Assembly (NCBI GenBank): GCA_018398765.1
Contig: JAHBMJ010000422.1
Location: forward strand, 1 to 47,554
Length of the DNA: 47,554 nt
Reading direction: 5' to 3'
Source of the DNA: Chromera velia
Lineage: Eukaryota
In this document: one piece after another, positions 1 through 10,814 of the stretch
Numbering within the stretch: position 1 is the first letter of the stretch
Layout of the letters: the number at the start of each line of letters is the position of its first letter
Position numbers and translations under genes: made by a program
Notes under the pieces: generated by a model
Told to the model about the DNA's origin: nothing
Seen by the model: the letters and a program-made list of their open reading frames with translations, nothing else
The model's database searches: none

Positions 1-211
1 AGTGTGCCAGGGCTGGGACAGCCTCCTCACTAGCATCACTTCGAGCCCCCTTATAGTCATCAGCTTGAAGAGCTGAGGGAATATACAGTCGCCTCCCGAG
101 TCCGCATCCCTGAGATGACAGTATGCGAAAATCTGTAACCACGCCCATGCATAATGTGAGAGACAAAGTGAGAGCGGGCGGGCGGGGAGGAGAAAGACAG
201 AAATTTACCCC

Positions 212-1293
212 TTACTTCTGAAGTGGTATACTGTTTCTATACAGAAAGTCTGGTGGTACTAATTGACCTGATGAAGGCAGCCCTTTACTTCTCATATTCC
301 GTCTGATTCCTGTTTCAACCACGTATTTCCAGGAAAGTGAAGGAGGGCCCCACCGTTCGCCTGGACTCGATGAAAGTATCGTTCCATCACAAAAAATGAA
401 ATCAGCATTGTGCACAGAGTCACACGGCTCCAGCAAATCATAGTGATCATTTTTGAGGACCAGATAAACCAAAGGAGCGTCTGTTTGAGGACAATCTCGA
501 TGTATCGGGTTTGGACGGTAGTGTCCTTTCCACTCCCCCTCCTCTTCTTCTTTCCGGAAAACAGTGACATGGCATCCATACAGTTTTACAATCAGTCCTA
601 GCTCGAGGTCTGTCCCCCATGTCCCCTCGTTTGCCATGCTTCTCACATATACAGTTGGAATCGAGATTCCCCTTACCAAAAGTCGACTCTGAATATCTGC
701 CGACCGAAGCCGCTTGCACATGATCGTGCGAAGATTTCCAGCAGATAGGTTCAGACGCCTTCCCATTGCCTCAACCAGGCAGTTGCCTAGTCTTGGAATG
801 TGGCGCCTGCGAGCCCCAGTCCAGGTTGAGATCTCCATCTGTATAGACGCCGGACGAAACTCAAACTGGGGTGGTTCCACTGCTGCAAGAGCGGCGGAGG
901 TCGATTCTTTAGTCCTCTGCGTGTGCTTGAAGAGGCGATCCTTAGCTCGTCGCAAACCTGCAAAGCAGTCCACATGTAATTCAATCAGAGCAGCTATGCC
1001 GGAGGTTCGAAAGGTCGGTTTTCTTGCTGAGTCGAAAGAGTGTCTGACCTTCATTTTGGAACATCTTTTCTTCTTTCACGGCCGCTTCTGCTGTAAGCAG
1101 CAAGTCAAGTTCATGTTGATCCTTCTTGTCCAACACCTGTCTTCTTTCTGTGTGTACACCTTCTAACAAAATTCTCATTGGCTCTCAATAACCGAAGCTT
1201 TTTAATCTCCTCGTCGCTGAGTCCTGTGGTCTTTTCTTTTATAGCCAGAACTCGACGCAATTCAAGGTCACGTGGCGGGAACATTTTGAACAT
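212..1293 (-). pseudogene. OTU-family cysteine protease (deubiquitinase-like) gene with a frameshifted N-terminus; probably continues past the window start through an intron (110-215) into an exon at 1-109
   Basis: ORF 212-1054 has OTU motifs: HIPRLGNCLVEA (Cys box), GTWGTDLEL and YLVLKNDHYD (His box). Upstream ORFs 1111-1293 and 981-1178 overlap it in successive frames. A GTAAGG donor at 215 and a CAG acceptor at 110-112 give an open frame to the window edge. Confidence 0.7.
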
Positions 1294-1797
1294 TATTTAC
1301 GTTGCTTCAACAATTGCCTGCAGGGTCTTGTGCAAGTTTTCAAGCTGAGGTTAAGCATGAGTGTGAAATGATCACAGCAAGCACAACTAAGGTAGCTGTA
1401 GAACACAGATCATGCAACTCATTGCTTTCACTCGTCTGAATCATACATGCTGCATGCATGCGTTTGAGGCAATGGCCCTGGAAAGAGCGAGTCGGAGTAA
1501 AAAATTGATTCTAGATGTGCCCCTCAAGCATTAGCAACATCGGGTTTTGTGTGTAATACGCCGGATGCAAATAGCTCGCACGGATCGTGTGGAAATTGCC
1601 GACAATGGTGGTAAGTTACTAATATATACCACCAGGGGTCACCGCGGGTGCCGCGCAGAAAATCCCGCGTGACTCAAAATTTATTTCATTAAACTCCAAA
1701 ATGGAATGCCCGCGTGCGTGACCAGTCACGCAAAAAAAAAAATCACGGCAAATCTGTATTGCCAATACAGAGCTATATATATAACGCGCGCATGAGA

Positions 1798-1890
1798 AGC
1801 CAGTTGGAAGCCAGTTGGAAACCAGTTGGAAGCCTTCTTCTTATCGCCTCTCCGGGCGTGTATTGGCCAGTTGAAAGCCAGTTGGATGCA
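1798..1890. repeat. Short 11-bp tandem repeats (CCAGTTGGAAG-like, about 5 copies) next to a GC/CG-rich island
   Basis: agccagttggaagccagttggaaaccagttggaagcc ... gccagttgaaagccagttgga read directly from the sequence. Confidence 0.75.
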
Positions 1891-2002
1891 ATTTGGAGTT
1901 GCGAGCGGAGCGAGTGGCTCTGTAACTGTTAATAATACAATCTGCGGGCTTAGTCTGCATAACACATGCAAGCTGTTACGGAGTTATACCTTCGCATCAC
2001 CT

Positions 2003-2550
2003 TCCAAACATACAGTGACATCAACTTTGTTGGCAGACTCACAAAGAGAGGGAGGGTTTGAAGTCCCGAGTTTCACAGAGAAAGACAGAAGACGGAGGCA
2101 GACAGACAAGAGGGAGATACTGCACCATTCTACATCGGAAAGGTTGGTGAAGGAAGGACAGGGTGACATCTAGATACACAGAATTTCTGGTGACCGCACT
2201 CCGGAAAATGTGCATTTATGCATATTTTCTTGTTCTTTTCGTGTGCGTTCATGCAGGTAGAACAGTTTTTGGCACAGGAGACGGGAAAGGATCCTTCACA
2301 GCTGCTGCTTCAATGGTACGGTGGCACCTCAGATATCTTTGGAAAGCTCAGTGCTACAAAATGTGCATCCGAAAGAGGAAAATCGAAACTATGGAAGGAT
2401 TCTTGGCCCATGGATGACATCATTTGCTGGGGTTTTTCTTTGACAGAGAGGGGCAATGAGTTGCCTTTTGCGTTGCTTGACAGAATGAAAGAGTGGTACC
2501 CTGACTTCCCATGGGAAGAATGTGTAAAAACTCATAGGGGAAAAACCTAG
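2003..2550 (+). pseudogene. Degenerate spliced gene fragment (APFYIGK|VEQFLAQ...LLQWYGG...WKDSW...WGFSLT), possibly transposon-associated
   Basis: An AAG|GTTGGT donor near 2142 and a TGCAG|GTA acceptor near 2256 join in frame. The upstream part has an in-frame stop. Confidence 0.3.
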
Positions 2551-3230
2551 TTGGGGAGATATTCTAACTGAAATAATCTCAGACTCATCTGTTCAAACTT
2601 TCATGTAACAGAGTTGTATCTACTTTTTGATCGCATTTATTGCATCATATGCATAGATATGCCAATTACGCAGCTACTATTATGGTTATTAAAATATAGC
2701 TATGATCTAACATTGATACAACTAACTTCAATTCTTTGTTTTATCTTTTATTTTAAAAGAATCACGTTTTAAAGAATGTTTATTAAATTTAAAAGCTTAT
2801 AAACAACGATTAAATACAATAGAACACCCTATGTTATTCCTATATTTCAAAGTCCGAAATGATGTTAAAGTCCGGTAGGTCTCATTATGTCATGTTGTCA
2901 TCTTTTAAAACCTGCTTGAACCTGCCAATATCAGTATTAACATAGCATAAACTAGCCTGAAACTGTTTAAAACAAACTTAAAACTGATGATTTGACCCTT
3001 CAAAACTGTTATTAAGACACCTCGTCTCGGTAAGCTAGGTAGTTATGCACACGAGAAAAAGATTGTCAAATTTCGACAAATTTGCGATGGAGCATTCAAG
3101 CTGGCAGACAAATAGAATCAGAGACAACAGAAAAAAGAGTGTAATGGCAATAAAAGATCGAAAGCAGAAAGGCGCTGTGGCTGTTTGAGAGAGCCCTTTT
3201 CTCAGTTTTTCTCCCTCATGTCTTCTCTGC

Positions 3231-3581
3231 TTAGTCCTTTGTTGTCTCGCTTGTAGCCACAGAGCCCGAGCTCACCTCTTTCGCTCCCCTACGTCCCTCT
3301 GCTGCACTCATACTGCTGGTGGCCTTAGTCTGATTTGCGGCAATAAGATGATTGCTCCCACAGTGGCCCACAAATTTCTGGTAACGCATGATGTCGGCGT
3401 TCGTGATCCACATCACGAAATAACTCTCCTTGGCCGGCTTTCTAGCAAACTCACACGGCGTACACGTTAGAGCTACACGCAGTGCCATGCAGTCACGGTA
3501 GCTCTTACCGTCCGTGTTAAGGTCCCAGTGTCTCTTTTCGGTCACTTTCAGAGTAGTGTGGGCCGAGTAGTTGAGGTTCAT
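3231..3581 (-). CDS. Small hypothetical protein with a CxxC...H...H pattern (possible zinc finger)
   Basis: ATG-initiated 116-aa ORF in a GC-richer block flanked by AT-rich DNA; CTPC and GHCGSNH motifs. Confidence 0.3.
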   Translation of the reverse strand: MNLNYSAHTTLKVTEKRHWDLNTDGKSYRDCMALRVALTCTPCEFARKPAKESYFVMWITNADIMRYQKFVGHCGSNHLIAANQTKATSSMSAAEGRRGAKEVSSGSVATSETTKD

Positions 3582-4433
3582 ACCCTGTTTTTTCTAAGTG
3601 GTGGCGTGCTCTGAGTCAGTTCAAAGAGCATCCATGATCTGATAACGATGAGCTTGTTCGTGCAGAAAGTCAGTTTAATGATATGATTGAGCATGAAAGT
3701 GATAAAAAGGATGAAAGCTGAAGGAGAGTTGAATCATATGGTTTTGAAATCATGTCTGCTGGTGTTAATAAAGTGATTTGAAGCAGGTTATACCAGGTTA
3801 TATAAGGTTTAGGTAGGTTAAATGTTAGGTTACATAACGATGTTTTTACTACTCTTAGAACCCTAAGTGGTAACATGATGAAAACCTTAAATAACCATCA
3901 TAAATCATGATACTACAAGTCTTTTTTTAAGTTCATGAAGGTTCTTTTAGGTAAAGAACCACATTGAGCATACTTTTAGATGTCTAAAGTGTTTTACATA
4001 CTTGAAGCGGGGGGTATAAAATTAATTTTTATTATTATTTCTTTTTTAGTGAAATACCCTAGTCCGTAACACGTAGGCCCAGGCCGTCACCATGGATCCC
4101 GCGTCACCATGGATCCCGACAAGCCGATTCCAACGCATCTGTAATGCAACCATTTGCCTGACCTTTACTTTGCTCTCTCCATCGATCCATCAATCTCGTT
4201 GCAATCCTCGGTCTTGCTTCCTGCGCATGCACTGTGTTCCGATCGAGTCACTGTGATCGACTGCTTTGTGTTGCCGTGCTGTGCTGTGCCGTGCTGTGCT
4301 GTGCACTGTAACAGATACGTTGTGTTGTTTACGGTACTGTCGCCGCTCTCTGCGCTCGTTCTCTGTGCTCGTTCTTTGTGCTTGTTTTCTGTGCTCGTTC
4401 TCTGCTGGTTGCGTGCTTTGGGTTTCGTGTTCT

Positions 4434-6115
4434 ATGATGGTGGAAAGAGAAGGGAAAGCAGGGGAGATGACTCTGCAGACCCAGAGTGATCCCGTCTACT
4501 ACTTCGATCATGAGGAACTTGACATCTACCTTGAGTTCGAGGACTTGTATGATAATAAGTTTGATCTGCCAGACCTTGTTGCTTCCGACGACGAGGAAGA
4601 TGAAGGCATGGGTGTTGATGGTGAGTGCATGAACTCAATGACGGGCTTGGTATCCCTTAAGGTATAGCCACGTATATATCCTTATCTAGCCATTCAGCCA
4701 GACAGCTATTCAGTTAGCCAGCCAGCCAGCCAGACAGTCTGAGACAGCCAGACAACTGTTCAGCCAGCCAGCCAGACAGTCATTCAGCCATTCAGCTATT
4801 GAGCCAGACATCCTTTCATCCCGCTTTCTTTCTGCCTTCCTCACTCTTGCTTACTCTTTCCCTTCATGTGTTTATGAGCATCCTGCTTTCATTCCGCTTT
4901 CTTTCTGCCTTCTTTAATGGCACCCAAGCAGGCATGCACCCAGGCAGGACACCCAGGAAGGCAGACAGGCAGGCAAGACACCCAGGCAGGCAGTTAGACA
5001 GTCACTCAGTCAGACAGTTAGACAGTTATTCAGTTATTCAGTCAGACAGCCAGACGGACAATCATTCAGTCATTCAGTCAGACAGCCAGACGGACAATCG
5101 TTCAGTTATTCAGCCAGACAGGCACTCAGTCAGACAGCTATTAAGCCAGACAACCATTCAGCCAGCCAGCCAGACAGTCGGACAGTCAGACAGAAGTATA
5201 GCAAATTTAAAGAGACATCTCGGAGCGACTGTCCCCCTTCCCTTCCCTTCCCTCCCCTTCCCTCTCTGGTTTTTGCAGACATAAATCCAGATGGCAACGC
5301 CGACTTTGGACGCACAGCGATCCATGACAACGCTCGGTCTCTTCCGGCTGTCAGCAGCAGCGTCAGCAGCAGTGGAGTGGAGGGCTCTGCGGCGATGGAT
5401 GCATTCGGAGTCTCGATGGAGGAAGCGGGAGAGATCCGAGAGAGGGGGCAGAGAGAGAAGTCAGAGCAGTCCGCAAAATCTTCCCCTTTTTTCGTTTTCA
5501 ATATTCTTGAACTGATCCTCTCAGGTGTTTTGACCTCGATTGATTCAGCAAGAAATTTTTTGTTCGAAAAGGGAGCTCTGCGTATCCCTAAATGTAAAAA
5601 CCATCCGAACAGACTCATGCACTATGATGAAAAAAAAAAAACTCTACAGATGTAGAATCGATGAAAGACAAACTGGGGGGTGCCCGGCACAGTCCGCCAA
5701 GAGTGATACAATTTTAGATCATAGAGCGCTTCCTGAGACAACACTAATTCTTTTAATTTTTCTTTGGTTGTCCTATGCACGTTTGAAGAGCATTTTTGCG
5801 ATGATACCGGGTCTGTTGACGGCGACAGCAGTTCGCTTCTACAGATTTTTCCGGATGGTTGTTGCAGACCAAGCAGCTCTAGATGCACCAGAAAAAAGAA
5901 AGCCAAAACTTAGAGGGCCTGGAATGGTGGTTGAAATTGATGAAAGTAAATTTAGGAAGAAAAAATATAACAGAGGGCATAGAGTTGAAGGAACATGGGT
6001 AGTGGGAGCAATCGAAAGACGAACTGATAAGCAGGTTCCCCAATGGTTTATGCCTACTGTTCTAGACCGATCGGTCTATACTATGTACGACTTCATTGAA
6101 GAGTACGTTCCTAAG
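4434..6115 (+). mobile_element. Merlin / IS1595 (ISXO2-like) DDE transposase gene, intron-containing and C-terminally incomplete: exon 4434-4620, exon 5279-6115, frameshift in an A12 run at 5630-5641
   Basis: GPGMVVEIDESKFRKKKYNRGHRVEGTWVVGAIER is the first-Asp motif of ISXO2/Merlin transposases. N-terminal Cys/His zinc-ribbon region PKCKNH...YRC...GGC. G|GTGAGT donor at 4621 and TTTTGCAG acceptor at 5278 join in frame. Donor-like AAG|GTTGGT at 6116. No second Asp/Glu exon was found. Confidence 0.85.
4690..5190. repeat. Degenerate CAGC/CAGA/CAGT tetranucleotide repeats inside the transposase intron
   Basis: cagccagccagacag / cagtcagacag arrays. Confidence 0.75.
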
Positions 6116-6213
6116 GTTGGTTGAGCAAATATGCTGTATAGTATACGTATATAAAATATTCATCAAACTGTTTAGTATTAGCAAGTTGAATTAAGCTCAA
6201 ATGAAATTGGAAT

Positions 6214-8082
6214 TAAGACTGAAATGGTGCTGGTGCAAAAACAAGTTTGCACCTTAAATCAGGTGCAAAACAGGTGCTAAATAAAGTGTACCGTTTACCC
6301 TATGAAAGCTAGGTTTCCAGGGTTGATTTCTAGTGTTCCTAACGGCTAAAAGGCGCCTCAATCAAGGCCTAAAAGCTTTTTATGATATAGATTTGCTACA
6401 TTGATTTTTACTATGCGAAACAACTTAAAATATTACTAGAAATATCAGTGAAAATGCGATAAAAAACAAAAATAAAAAATAGAACAATTAAAGACTATAT
6501 GTCTCTGCCTGTCTCATGACTTCAGTCTCTTTCTAGGTCTCTTTTCTCAATTTAAACAACGTTTTTCACCTGTCCAATATTTAAATATGTTTGACGCTGT
6601 TTGCGTGCTGCACTGTAGTCCAGTTCTGTCTCTACGGTCCATAAAACCTTCAAACTGCATGATGCCCCTTTGGAGCAAACTCATGAAGAAAGCAACCACA
6701 AATGGTGCGTTTTCATGAAAATGAAAAAGAAGGAATAATGAAATAAAAGAAGGTTTTTTTAAATTTGCATTTCTTCTCTGAGCAAGGGCAAGCGAGGGCC
6801 TGATCTCAAGGCTCACGGCCCAGCCCCGTCATATACTAGCTCTCTTCTTCACTCACCCCCTAGCTCACCCCCCCCCCAAAACAACAACGGATGACAAAAA
6901 AGAGCAAGAAGAAAAAGAAGAAGAGGAGAAAGAAGAAGGGGAGAAAGAAGAAGTCGTCTATCTCTTTTGTTTGCTGGCATTTGTTTGAAGCCGTCTATCT
7001 GAACAGGGCCCCAGTTTGTGAAATTGAAAAGTGATTAACTGCAGTGACCGGTATACAGGACTGGTATGACTGACGACTCGTGAACGAAGGGGTGAACGCT
7101 CCTTAGAAAGCTGCAATTCCCTCTACAGACGGACTTCAAACCATCTGGAAGTACCAAACGCAACGAGAAGCCGTAACATGACAGAAAGTCAGATACAGAT
7201 CTGTATGTGAGTATGCAAACTTGACGAGCCATCAGCAGACGGAAGTGACGAATGGTTCCACTCTCTAAGGCAAAGCAGCAAATTGAATGATCAAAGCAAG
7301 TGCACTCTTACTGACCAAGATAGATTGAGGCTACCAATCGTAAAGAACACCTGGCACCAGGTTTTAAAAGTCCTTACCTACAACCGAGAGGGAGAGTATC
7401 AATGTACCTTCACGTATGCATGTTCCCATGTGTGCGCCGTTTCTGCTTCTCTTCTTCATATGAAAACGAATCTATGTAAAGCACTGCATTGACATTCATC
7501 CTCGGATTGCCAATAAAGGTTGAGAAAGCTGTTTTACTCCTGGCAAACCGTTTAGCATTGTGTCATTGCTATGTAAACAGACTCAGTCTGCTTACTCAGC
7601 TTTTTGACTCAAACCTGTTGTTTTGGTCCTTTTACCCTGGTGCGCTTCTCGTTGTTATACGTGTACATGCAGTCGTTTCTATTACATAGTGCAGCCCATA
7701 AAACAGTTCTCATGCTGCAAAAAGAAGAGGTTCTCATGTTCCAATGGACTTGATTTCATGCAGCGCATGCGTTTGTCGAACGTACGTTCAGTGACCTCTG
7801 TAGCCGATTTTCATCTCAAAAATCGGCTGACCGGATTTGTTCCGCGCACCGCGGCCCGGCAACACGCGCGCGTTTGCATGCATATATGGGGCCGCGCGAG
7901 GAGCCGCAAGGGTGGGGCCGCGGCGCGTTACATGGCCATGACGTTGACGCTTTTCACCCAATTTCATTCAATCAGGTGCAAAAGAGGTGCATCAGGTGCA
8001 TCTGGTGCAAAACAGGTGTATCTGGTGCAACTTCTTGGTTTGCACCGTGACCTTTTCTGAGGTGCACCTTTTCTAAGCCCTA
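6214..8082. mobile_element. Non-autonomous hAT-like DNA element
   Basis: Near-perfect 8-bp TSD ATTGGAAT (6206-6213) / ATTGAAAT (8083-8090). Degenerate TIRs TAAGACTGAAATGGTGC vs TAGGGCTTAGAAAAGGTGC (reverse complement). Clustered GGTGCA subterminal motifs at both ends. Removing the element restores a unit of the adjacent AT-rich tandem repeat. Confidence 0.6.
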
Positions 8083-8820
8083 ATTGAAATGAAGGGTTAA
8101 TTCCTATATAATGTAAATTATTAATCAAACATAGAAATCAAATTGAATAACTTAAAATATTTTTCTAGATATGACGGACTCTTAAATATTTCTGTAAATG
8201 CAACTTAAAACCTTTTTAGTCAGTGTGAAAGTTTGTTTCATTTTTAGTTTACTTATATTCTAGTTTAGTATTGGCAGTTCATTTTTCTAGACATGACGGA
8301 CTTTTATATATTTCTGTAAATGCAATTTAAAACCTTTTTAGTCAGTGTGAAAGTTTGTTTCATTTTTGGTTTACTTACATTCTAGTTTAGTATTGGCAGT
8401 TCAATTAAGCTGAAATGAAGGCCCATTGAAGGGTTAATTCCTATATAATATAAAATATTAATCAAACATTAAAATCGGACGTAGTATTTTTTTAGACATG
8501 ACAAACTCCTATATATTAATTTCTGTAGATGCAATTTCAAACCTTTTTAGTCACTTTGAAAGTTTGTTTCATTTTTGGTTCACTTATATTCTAGTTTAGT
8601 ATTGTCAAGTTGAATTAAGCTGAAATACTAGTTAAAATGAAGGGTTAATTCCTATATAATTAGAAGTAAATTATTAACTAAACATAGAAATCAAATTGAA
8701 TAAATATTTTTCTAAATATGACGGACTTTTATATATTTCTGTACATGCAATTTAAAACCTTTTTATTCACTCTGAAAGTTTGTTTTATTTTTTGTATACT
8801 TATTCTACTTTAGTATTGGT
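8083..8820. repeat. AT-rich tandem repeat with about 120-220 bp units, about 4 copies; a further partial unit lies at about 6170-6213
   Basis: Recurrent tttttctagatatgacggact (about 8160, 8282, 8487, 8707), gaagggttaattcctatataat and gaaagtttgtttcattttt. Confidence 0.9.
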
Positions 8821-9154
8821 AAGCTGAGAGGAGATAAATGTTCACGTTGCTGGAAGCACACAGAATAATACGCTATAGAAACGGCAGACTGGGTTTTAAT
8901 TGATGCGATATTATACTGAATGAGCGTGGGAATCTGTACACCCGCCCATGCAGGCTGTGCTCAACCTGCAAAGCCACCCCGGGATTGAGGCACACGCGCC
9001 CTTCTGCGTAGCCCTCCGCATCCCCCAGTTGAGGGTGCACGAGGCACTCCCCTCCCTCCCCTTGCGCCTAGTGGGAGCCGCCCCCCCCACAGTCCTCCAG
9101 GAAGAAGACGTACGAAGGAAGCACCCTCCCCACTGCTTTCTCCCTGAGACCCCT

Positions 9155-9300
9155 CTGCCACGGCCTCAACTCTGCCACAGCCTCCCCCTCTGCCACGGCC
9201 TCCCCCTCTGCCACGGCCTCCCCTCTGCCACGGCCTCCCCCTCTGTCACGGCCTCCCCCTCTGCCACGGCCTCCCCCGCGACCTCTGCCACGACCTCTCT
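9155..9300. repeat. 18-bp coding tandem repeat (ctctgccacggcctcccc)
   Basis: About 6-7 copies seen directly; they encode EGEAVA or GRGGGR depending on frame. Confidence 0.85.
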
Positions 9301-10626
9301 GGGTAGCTTCTTCATCGGGCTCTGTCAATGACTCCAGCGAGTCCGTTGACCGTCTGCGTTTTTGTGCACCCCCCCCTGTAAGGTTCTTTTCGATAAATAC
9401 TTGAATCTGGGAGTGAGTCAATCCCATTCGCTGCAAGTCTAATGTCATTTGCACAATCCGTCCCGGAGAGACACCTTGGTTCACTTTTTTTACCTTCCCC
9501 CCCCCACTTCCTTCCTGCACAATCCTCCTCTTCCCCCTCGCCAACTCTACCTTCCCTGGCCTCTCATCTCCTGTATCATAATGGAGAGCAGCAGCTCCAG
9601 CAGGGGCAGAAGCTTCGGCTGCAGCAGCCGCTGCGGCAGCAGGTTGAGCTCCAGAAGGGGCAGAAGCTTGGACGTCAGCAGGCTGAGCTTCGGCGGCTGC
9701 AGCAGCACCCCCTTCAATCTGGAGAGCTTCATCAGAGGAAGAAACAGAGGCCTTCCTGATTATGTAAAAAGCAACCACGCATGCTGACTCTTTTTCCCCC
9801 AACATTCCATAATAGGAGGGGGAAATGGAAATCACTGGAACAGCCTTCAGGGGCATTGGCCCCCAGCACCGTCTCTGCCAATCATGTTGTCTCTTTTGCT
9901 GCACGCAACAGTTGCAAGGGAAGACCAAAATAAGCCTACACGTACAGAAAGTAAGAGAGACACTCAGAGAGAAAGCAGAGTGGATGCACAGGTGCGAGGG
10001 AAGACCAAAATAAGCCTCGTTCCTCGCACGTTCCTCGCATGCTTGCACCTCCCCCGCTCTTTTCCCGCTCTTTCCTCGCATGCTTGCACCTGCCATACTT
10101 TCTTTCTACTTATCCTGCTCTCTCTGTATGTCTATTCCGGTCTTTTCTCACAGTGACACATGTTGAGAGACTTACAGGATTCTCTTCAAGCTCCCTTCTG
10201 TTGGTCTCGACCTGCTCCTCGAAGTCATCTGTACCAGGAAGTGGAGGAGGACCGACATCGAGACGTTCCTGCGGCCGCACACCCTCGAAAACGCGCCACA
10301 GCAGTTCCCGCCTTTCAGGTGGAATCTGCGGGTCAAATCTCCGAGGAGGGAAATCGTCATCTTCGTCAGTCAATTCGATGAATGCGTCTCCCTCCCCTCG
10401 CCCTCCCGCACCCTGCCCCTCTCCGCAGACACCCACCTTCCCCCAAATGAGGTAAATCATCACCTCACCGTCCTTTCCCCCAAATTTCTCAAATTGCTGT
10501 GTTGTGAAAACCAACCTCCTCCTGCCCTGTCTCTGCCCAGCCTCATCTTCTTTCCAAAGCAAGGGTCGCCCCTCTCCGACATACTTGAAGTTGAGAAAGC
10601 GGAGGAAGCTGAGCTGATGTCCGCTG

Positions 10627-10814
10627 CAATCCATAGAGAGACAGGGGGGGGGAAGAGAAGTGAGACGACAAACAAAAAACATTATCGTCGAGTGAGAGAA
10701 GGACACGACTGACTTGAAGGCAATCCATAGAGAGACAGGGGGGGGGAAGAGAAGTGAGACGAAAAACAAAAAACATTATCGTCGAGTGAGAGAAGGACAC
10801 GACTGACTTGAAGG
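10627..10814. repeat. 94-bp near-perfect tandem duplication covering an intron and its donor site
   Basis: caatccatagagagacag...gacacgactgacttgaagg occurs at 10627-10720 and 10721-10814. Confidence 0.9.
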
